The notes below the pieces were generated by a model. The model had not been told where the DNA came from. It ran no database searches and worked only from the letters and a program-made list of their open reading frames with translations. Source: an uncultured Methanosarcinaceae archaeon (lineage in GTDB: Archaea > Halobacteriota > Methanosarcinia > Methanosarcinales > Methanosarcinaceae). Taken from it: 64,000 nucleotides of DNA. The stretch lies in the NCBI GenBank assembly GCA_963833425.1, contig CAWHXP010000007.1:32001-96000 (forward strand), given 5' to 3'. The position numbers and the translations under genes are program-made. Each line of letters starts with the position of its first letter. The first letter of the stretch is position 1. Shown one piece after another: positions 56,756 through 64,000 of the stretch.

Positions 56756-57631
56756 ATGGTGTCAGTGGACTCTTCACCTTCTGAGGTAGAAGTCGGGAAA
56801 ATCGCCTTGCCGGAACTAGTCAAAACCTTCAAAAATTTAACCGAAGAAAAGACTGGATTCTTGAAAAAGCTGTTCTACGCAGGGACTCCTGCCATTACGA
56901 TCATTTTTTCCGAGCTGTTGATTTTCGAAGGTAGGTTAAATGAGGCTTCTATAGCTTATACTTTACTTCTATTAATTCTTTCATTTTCTACAGCAGTTAC
57001 GAAAAAGCAGGAAGTACGCGAAATTCATCAGGCTTTTCTGCTTCTGCCGATTTTTCGCTTGGTAAATCTTTCAATGCCGATCTTTTCCGAGATTAATCTT
57101 TACTCTTTTGTATTTATTTATGCGCCCCTGATAATTCCTGTAGTAATCGCTATCAACTATCACAAGACTACATTTGAGAAAAAAATAGGTACTCTTAAGA
57201 AAATATTGACTCAAATTCCTTTAGCTGTCCTTACAGCTCTGGTTTTTGGGGAAGCAGAATATATGTTCATTGGAAGCAAAGCCCTTATCTCGGACATTGA
57301 TCCGGCAAATATACTCGTATTTATAATCATAATGATATTTATAGTGGGTCTGATAGAGGAATTTATTTTCAGGGCAATCTTACAAAGAAGGCTAGAAAAG
57401 TTCTTAGGGCCGACAAGTGGAATCCTTTTAGCAAGCCTTCTTTTTGGGATAATGCACTCTGGATACGGGACCCCCTCCGAAATGGTATTTACTTTCCTTG
57501 TAGGGTGTTTTCTTGGCTATTGCTTTTATAGAACCCGAAGCCTTACATTTGTGATAATGATTAATGGCTTGATAAACATTTTTTTGTTTGGGGTAATTCC
57601 AAACTTGGGCCCAGGACTAGGATTGGTGTGA
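56756..57631 (+). CDS. CPBP family intramembrane protease homolog
   Basis: EEFIFR and FGIMH motifs; multiple transmembrane helices. Confidence 0.88.
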   Translation: MVSVDSSPSEVEVGKIALPELVKTFKNLTEEKTGFLKKLFYAGTPAITIIFSELLIFEGRLNEASIAYTLLLLILSFSTAVTKKQEVREIHQAFLLLPIFRLVNLSMPIFSEINLYSFVFIYAPLIIPVVIAINYHKTTFEKKIGTLKKILTQIPLAVLTALVFGEAEYMFIGSKALISDIDPANILVFIIIMIFIVGLIEEFIFRAILQRRLEKFLGPTSGILLASLLFGIMHSGYGTPSEMVFTFLVGCFLGYCFYRTRSLTFVIMINGLINIFLFGVIPNLGPGLGLV

Positions 57632-58569
57632 AAATCCTATTCTCTGAGCGAATTTGGAGACTATTACACTTGAAAAGTTAAATTCAAAGAAGACTGGAAA
57701 CTCAACTACAGATTCAGCATAGAATAGACTACTTCAGGAAAATTAAGGATCAAATAAAAAATATTAAAAATAGAATCAACTAAAACAAAAACGTCACATC
57801 CACTTCATGAACCAAAAAACTTCTAGACTTGCAGCCATCATAGAGTGATCTGATTAAATACAACCTACTCAATTAAAAATCCCCTTGTTAAGACGGCTAT
57901 TCCTTTCAAGCTACTGATAGATATCTCGTTTCAAAAAAAATCACGTAAAATATAGTTAAAAAGCAGCTCAATAAACTCTACTTCAGATATCAAGTAGTTG
58001 ATTTTTATAAGAAACTGAACTTTTTTTGTAATCCGAATTTGCTATTTCTATTTTTGTGTGAAAGGATATCTTCATATTTAAAGGGCAAGAAGAGCAATAT
58101 CATGGTCAATAAATTTCGAATCCATTTCCTATGATTCTATTGATATACAATTTTCAGTCCCCTAATCATTATATTTCTCAAATTTTGATCTAATCATTAA
58201 TACGAAATTGGCAGATTATATGAATAACATAGTAAAATACAAAAATACTGTGTAAAATTAGGATAAAAAAATGTGAAAGTAGATAAGAAATCCATATTTA
58301 ATCATATTTTTTAGGCTTTATGGATAGAAACTGACTATTACGAGCTAATACTGATGGAATTTTTGGAAGTGTTAATTGTTTCTTGATGAGGATATGACAT
58401 TTCATTCCATAATAACCTCGAAAAGGAAAAAATAGGGTCAAATACGTAAATTAGCTGAAAAATTATAGCCTGGAATCCTCTTCATCACTCAAAAAATAAG
58501 TGCGTTTTCTATCATTTGATTGATATTTTTAAAATTAAGCTTCCAGTGTAAAGAATTCGTAGTTTAATC

Positions 58570-59483
58570 AATTGAAAAATTATTACACAATATTGAAATC
58601 GAATAAATTCATTATATTTGTTGACATCAGCTTTAAAACTACTGAGTTTTCCAGAATGAACATTTATTCCTGTGGATATTAAACATGCTTTTGCCCAATA
58701 CTAGCTTATTATTTTGCTCTCATTGATGGGGTATATTAGTATTAATATCGCATTCTTGTAGAACCTATTGGCCTAATGGCGGGTAAAAAAGAAAAATTCG
58801 ATTTTAATAAGACTTCCTGTTTTTATTACCCTTCGAAAGTTTGTACCCAGAAATTCTCTTATATAGTTAACCTTGTTCTGTCAATGATTCTAAAGTTATT
58901 TTACTCATATGAAGGAAATGTCTCTATTGCAGCGATTGATGCAACAGGATTTACGAGTTCATATGCAAGTTATTATTATTCCGGAAGAAAAGGAAACTTC
59001 GAAGAAGCTTCCTGAGAACTTCAATATCAATAGACACAAGTAAAAAGGTAATATTGGGATGGAAAATTAGTCAAAAAACAGACCATGAAATCAAACATGC
59101 AAAATGCTATGATAAGACTATCAAATAAGATGAGAAAGTCTGATTGTTATGTAATGGATAAGCGATGCCATTCAGAAAAAATGTATCCCCTAATTAGAGA
59201 GAGAAATGAAATCAGGTTCTATCACACCTGTAAAAGAGAGAGAAAAAGGAAAAAAATAAGTGGAAAATATAGAAAACAATTGAACCTGGTCTTTGACAAA
59301 ATTAAATATGATCAAAGAAATATAATGGAGACAATTTATTTGTTGCCAAAAGGAGGTTTGGAGAAGTACTTAGGCAAAAAAGTACCATAGTCAAGTCAAA
59401 GAAGTAAAACTTAAATTGTAGTCTATGATTTAAATAAAAAGATAGTAAAATAATTTGTACTAAATTAAAATTTCTAAGGTACC
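58570..59483 (+). mobile_element. Degenerate copy of the IS5-family element at 37895-38893
   Basis: AIDATGFTSSYAS, CYVMDK, QRNIMET; central part closely matches the reverse complement of 38090-38500. Confidence 0.8.
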
Positions 59484-59716
59484 ATTCAGTCCATTATTAA
59501 ATTGCAGCTTCAGAACTAACAGGAGAAAACATAACTGTTAATTTTATATACTATAGAATAGACGTAATTTTGTATTTGCTTACAGTGACATACTTATCAA
59601 TTCATCCTGTTTCTTGAAAAATGATTTAAAAACGGGATCAAATTGTATAAATCGCCTTTCCATCAATTTAATAAAAGTGCAGAGATTGTGAATCTAAAAT
59701 GAAGACGGAGAAATGA

Positions 59717-60010
59717 ATGTACCCGGAAATTTCGATGCTTGCCTATTTTATAGTTCTCTTTCTTACCCTTCGTGATGTCCGAATCTTCAAAAGGACAGGC
59801 TATCGTTCCTACAGGAAAGGAGCCCTAAAGGGACTTGCAGCTTCCACCTTAATACTAATAGGAGCAATTATTGTTGAGACACAGTTATATCTAGGCCTGC
59901 TCATTGTTTTTATAGGGCTCTACATCAACCTCAAAGGAGGACGAGAACAAGTTTTCACTGATGCAAGCATTCTTGATCGTTTCCTTGGAAAGACGGATTA
60001 TGTTAAATAA
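59717..60010 (+). CDS. Small conserved membrane protein
   Basis: 97 aa with three hydrophobic segments; LRDVRIFKRTG.SYRKGALKG and DRFLGKTDY. Confidence 0.75.
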   Translation: MYPEISMLAYFIVLFLTLRDVRIFKRTGYRSYRKGALKGLAASTLILIGAIIVETQLYLGLLIVFIGLYINLKGGREQVFTDASILDRFLGKTDYVK

Positions 60011-60274
60011 AAGTGAAGACTAAATGCAAAAACAATACCAAGATTTAAGTATTTGAATCTTCACAAACTCAGAATCTTTTGGATTTATTACTTGATACAA
60101 AAAGCTATAAAAATTATTGAATTTATGTCATTAACCCATTTGAATATACTGATTTTGAGAATATTACTTTGGGATGAAAGTACATGAAGTCATTTTTATC
60201 ACGTACACTCCCTGGACTCTATTACCACTAATGTGATTATACTACTAATTATTTTTATATGTGTATTAAATTAG

Positions 60275-60351
60275 AAGAATTTCGATAAACTCCCTGCTCT
60301 TGAACATGGTTGGCTTTAAATTTGTCAATATTTATCTATATTCATGAAAAC
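60275..60351 (+). mobile_element. IS5 left-end remnant, cut just after the transposase start codon
   Basis: Matches 53243-53319, then abuts an IS6-type IR. Confidence 0.8.
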
Positions 60352-60500
60352 GGTTCCGTTGCAAAAAATCACAACATTTTTCAAAATAGTTGAAAACATC
60401 CACAATAAGGTAATTTGAGTGATCAAATTGGGGTTAAAATAGCATTTAACGGAGATAGTAATACCTCAAAGTACAGAAAAAATATTTTTGCAACATAACC
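60352..60500. mobile_element. 149-bp IS6-type MITE
   Basis: ggttccgttgcaaaaa ... tttttgcaacataacc. Confidence 0.8.
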
Positions 60501-60546
60501 CTACTCTGAATATTACCAGTATCCTTGATAAATTTATTCTGTAGCA

Positions 60547-60819
60547 TTAGGCTCTGATTTTCGGCTCTCTTTTATAATCATTATATTTTTTAATTTTTCT
60601 AATCACCAGCCATGCAATTAGGGCAATTATTCCAATTATAGCTGCTAGAATAATCAATAGTGAGTTTAATTCATCTTTAGAAGAAGTGCTTGGATCTTTA
60701 GAAGAAGCGCTTGGATATTTAGAAGAAGTACCTGGAATAATCACATCTGCATGAACTACTGATGTTAAAATAAATACACTTAGGTACAATGATATTATGA
60801 TAATATTTGTTTTTTTCAT
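60547..60819 (-). CDS. Small exported protein with C-terminal membrane anchor and a 7-aa (21-bp) tandem repeat
   Basis: Signal peptide, SSKYPSA/SSKDPST/SSKDEL, transmembrane helix and basic tail. Confidence 0.65.
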   Translation of the reverse strand: MKKTNIIIISLYLSVFILTSVVHADVIIPGTSSKYPSASSKDPSTSSKDELNSLLIILAAIIGIIALIAWLVIRKIKKYNDYKREPKIRA

Positions 60820-60841
60820 TTTTTATCTTTAACCTTCTTTT

Positions 60842-61792
60842 TTATCCATTTATTTTTTTGCTATATAAAAATAGTGCACAATACAAGACTATTGATGAAC
60901 TGATAATTATCGCGAATACTGAAGTATTTTGTGACAGGAAACTGCCTGTGTCTGCGTATGTTGGGAGGACTCCGATTATTAATGCCAGTGTCGTCAAGCC
61001 AAATGAGAAGCCTGGTCTTCCTGGAAGTATATTTGAGATTGCTACCAAAGTAATCGGCATTGTAAAATTGAAGAGGAACATTCCGAGTATTGATGCATCT
61101 GGTATTGCTGCTCCAAATGTGAGTAGTGGAGCAGATATTAAAAGAGACATGACTCCTATACCTTTTGCCACCCGTATTTATCTCCTATAATTCCACCGAA
61201 AGCTTTTCCTAAGACTATAGCTGAGGTTAGTGTTACTAATAGAAAGATGTCTGATTTCCAGGGCAAAAAGACCACTGAGCCGATTACTGATCTTGCTACG
61301 ATTGTCATTAAAATTGAGAGTATGATTGATTCAAAATAGTTTGTGTTTATTTTCTCGTCTGTTTTGTAATTTATTTCTGGATATTTAGTATAATACATGT
61401 GGGCACAGAATAGCTATTAGTATTAGCAACGGCCAGGCTGTAAAGAATCCGCTTTTCCCGTAAAGGGTTCCTATTAAAAGTCCTAATGCTCCGGGAGCTA
61501 CAAATATTCCTGGTGCTGATGCCTTATTTTTTGTTAGGTTGAGACTTATTATCCCGCCACCTACATGAAATAGGGCATTTCCGATGCCTCCAAGGATTAT
61601 TGCATACAAGGGCAATAGAAAAGAGACAAGTATTGCTGACGCTGTTATAATAGAACCGGAAATTGCTGAGAGCTTTGGACATCGGTACTTATCTATCAGA
61701 AGACCGAATAAAGTCTGGGACCCGAAAGCAATAACATTATACATGACGACTAGCTGGATAAAGTATTCATTAGTTATTGATTTTGAAGATAA
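60842..61792 (-). pseudogene. MFS-like membrane protein, frameshifted and 5'-truncated by IS6
   Basis: YNVIAFGSQTLFGLLIDK, GNALFHVGGG, GKAFGGIIGDKYGW and FNFTMPIT in three ORFs. Confidence 0.75.
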
Positions 61793-62642
61793 GGTTCCGT
61801 TGCAAAAAATCCTTTCTAATGATACAATAGAATAAAAAGAAAACCAAAGATAGCAACTGCTATCTAATTCCTTTAAATGGAAGCATTATGAAGGAGAAAT
61901 TATCCTATTGAATGTAAGATGGTACTTAAAATATGCATTAAGTTATAGAAATTTAAAGGAAATGATGGCAGAAAGGGGAGTAAAAGTCGACCATACAACA
62001 ATCATGAGACGGGTACATCAATATTCCCCTGAAATAGAAAAAAAAATAAGAAGATATTTAAGACCAACAAATGATTCGTGGAGAGTTGATGAAACCTATA
62101 TCAAAGTAAAAGGTAAATGGAAATATTTTTACCGAGCAGTTGACTCAAATGGAGATACAATTGACTTCATGTTAAGTTCAAAACGAAACCGAAAAGCTGC
62201 GAAGAGATTTTTTAAAAAAGCTTTAAGTTCTAATCATAATCAAACTCCAAGAGTAATAACCGTTGATAAAATCCAGCTTATCCACCTGCTATAGATAAAC
62301 TAAAAATTGATAAAATACTATCTAAAAACGTAGGCATTCGACAAATCAAGTATTTGAATAACATTATAGAACAAGATCACAGATCTATAAAGAGAATCAT
62401 TAATCCAATGTTAGGATTTCAGTCTTTTCGATCTGCTAAAGACTTTAAAAGGAATTGAAGCTATAAATATGATCAAAAAAGGACAAGTAATCGATCTAAA
62501 TTACTCTGTTCTTAATGAAATCAAATACATTAATCAATTGTTTGGCATAGTTTTATATTGTTAGTATATTTTCCTTGAATATTTTGTTTTTATTAATTAC
62601 TTATAGATTTACATATTTTTTTGAAGTTTTTGCAACGGAACC
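61793..62642 (+). mobile_element. IS6-family element with frameshifted transposase
   Basis: Perfect IRs GGTTCCGTTGCAAAAA; WRVDETYIKVKGKWKYFYRAVD and LNNIIEQDHR. Confidence 0.93.
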
Positions 62643-62792
62643 GTTTTTGGTATATACTCCGATTCTAAAAAAACTAAAGTGATTTCCAGAGAGTTTACTC
62701 CCTGGTAAAACTTAATTTTTGGCTGAATTTGCTCTCTAAATCCGTATCGGGAACTCCGTATCTGGAGAGAAAATCAGTATGATATTTGAATC

Positions 62793-63998
62793 TCACTGTC
62801 GGGCCATGGCAATACGCATCGCAGCTTCCTGATTTTCTATCAACTGACCGCTCACGTCCACGGTCACGCGGTGGATTTTGCCTGTGAACTCAAAGGGGGG
62901 ACTGTAGTCTGGTGTGACTGGTGATCTATGAGCTGAGCCACAGGTTACTCCACCAGTTAACCCTAATGCAAATGGAGTAGTCACAGGTACATCAATTTGA
63001 CCGACTAACTTCTCATTTATAAAAAGCTTAGCAATTCCAGGTGAACCCTTACCATTAGCAAGATCTGGCTGATCTGTTACCTCAAACTCAAAGCCAAGTT
63101 GATGCCTCCCTTCAGGAACATTTTCATTGGATTCTATATGATAGAAAGCCCTAGATACATAGTTGTGTACCCAGTGAAGCTTCCCATCTTTGACATAGAA
63201 TGAATAACCGCCATCCATACCACCATGAGAGAGCAAAATTCCTTCAGCTCCTCCTACAGGGATCTCAACATCGGCTATAATACTATGTGGGCGGTTGAGA
63301 ACGTTGACTGCTACAGTTGCGGGGATCTCCTGAGTGCCGGGATAATAGGTGTAGCGCATGCTATTTATTGCAATAGCTGGTCTTTGATCGGCAATACGCA
63401 GAACTCCTCGACTATCGATAGGTAGCACGTTATACTTTCCGGCTTCTGCATACCAGGTGGCAACCATCTCAATCAATTTAGGTCGATTATCTGTAGCAAT
63501 ATTGTGATTCTCTGCCCAATCCTTCTCAACATGATAAAGCTCCCAGCCTTTTGCGTCAAGCTCAGTCAATTTATCCGCAGAAATTGGTTCTCCAAAAGGT
63601 TTTCCGGCTTCAGTGAAAGAAGGGCCAGGCCATGGACATACGGCACGCCAGCCATCATGATATAGTGAGCGGTGTCCCATCATCTCAAAGTACTGGGTAT
63701 GGTGCTTGGTTGGTGCGTTGGCATCGCCAAATGTATGTGCAAAACTTACCCCTTCAATAGGTGATTGGCTTACACCTTTGATTATTGTCGGAGGTTCAAT
63801 TCCCAGGCATTCCAGAACTGTAGGTACCATATCAATAGCGTGAGCATACTGAGTTCGAATTCCGCCTTTAGCTTTTATTCCTCTGGGCCAATGGACTATA
63901 AAGGGATCGCTGACACCACCGCGATAAGTCTCTCGTTTCCATCGACGGAAGGGGGTATTTCCAGCAAATGTCCAGCCCCATGAATAATGGTTATAAGT
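62793..63998 (-). CDS. Arylsulfatase C-terminal part; the gene continues beyond the window
   Basis: Frame open to the window end: YNHYSWGWTFAGNTPFRRWKRETYRGG, QYFEMMGHRSLYHDGW, C-terminal LamG-like domain. Confidence 0.9.
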   Translation of the reverse strand, partial: TYNHYSWGWTFAGNTPFRRWKRETYRGGVSDPFIVHWPRGIKAKGGIRTQYAHAIDMVPTVLECLGIEPPTIIKGVSQSPIEGVSFAHTFGDANAPTKHHTQYFEMMGHRSLYHDGWRAVCPWPGPSFTEAGKPFGEPISADKLTELDAKGWELYHVEKDWAENHNIATDNRPKLIEMVATWYAEAGKYNVLPIDSRGVLRIADQRPAIAINSMRYTYYPGTQEIPATVAVNVLNRPHSIIADVEIPVGGAEGILLSHGGMDGGYSFYVKDGKLHWVHNYVSRAFYHIESNENVPEGRHQLGFEFEVTDQPDLANGKGSPGIAKLFINEKLVGQIDVPVTTPFALGLTGGVTCGSAHRSPVTPDYSPPFEFTGKIHRVTVDVSGQLIENQEAAMRIAMARQ

Positions 63999-64000
63999 CT

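Noticed and set aside
567..63983. Many short antisense ORFs overlapping thrS, gatD, argH, ftr, fmd and other genes
   Set aside because: They are opposite-strand or off-frame shadows of well-supported genes.

Overview
This looks like a methanogenic archaeal chromosome segment, most likely Methanosarcina, judged from recalled similarity of ThrS, Ftr, Mtd and Fmd to that genus. No searches were run. Intact housekeeping genes are thrS, gatD, argH, a geranylgeranyl reductase, a PAPS-reductase-family protein, a type III PLP decarboxylase, an NDP-sugar epimerase, a GH15 hydrolase, an M20 amidohydrolase and a DUF1616/CPBP pair. They sit among many pseudogenes, dead IS5/IS6 elements and several MITE families. 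The main finding is a clustered C1 locus: ftr, mtd and fmd(E)FACDB. FmdB keeps a full open reading frame but has lost the Mo/W-ligating Cys (now Tyr) and the catalytic R-G-H motif (now N-S-Y). fmdE is decayed, while FmdA keeps all its metal ligands. This resembles the bacterial Fhc formyltransferase/hydrolase complex and may be an undescribed archaeal formate-releasing variant. Other items of note are a decayed GC-rich sulfatase/MBL/COG0523 island, a papain-chagasin pair, a secreted Gly/Cys-rich peptide, an ATA start on ftr, and two dispersed repeat families bounded by inverted repeats. No rRNA, tRNA or CRISPR array was recognised.
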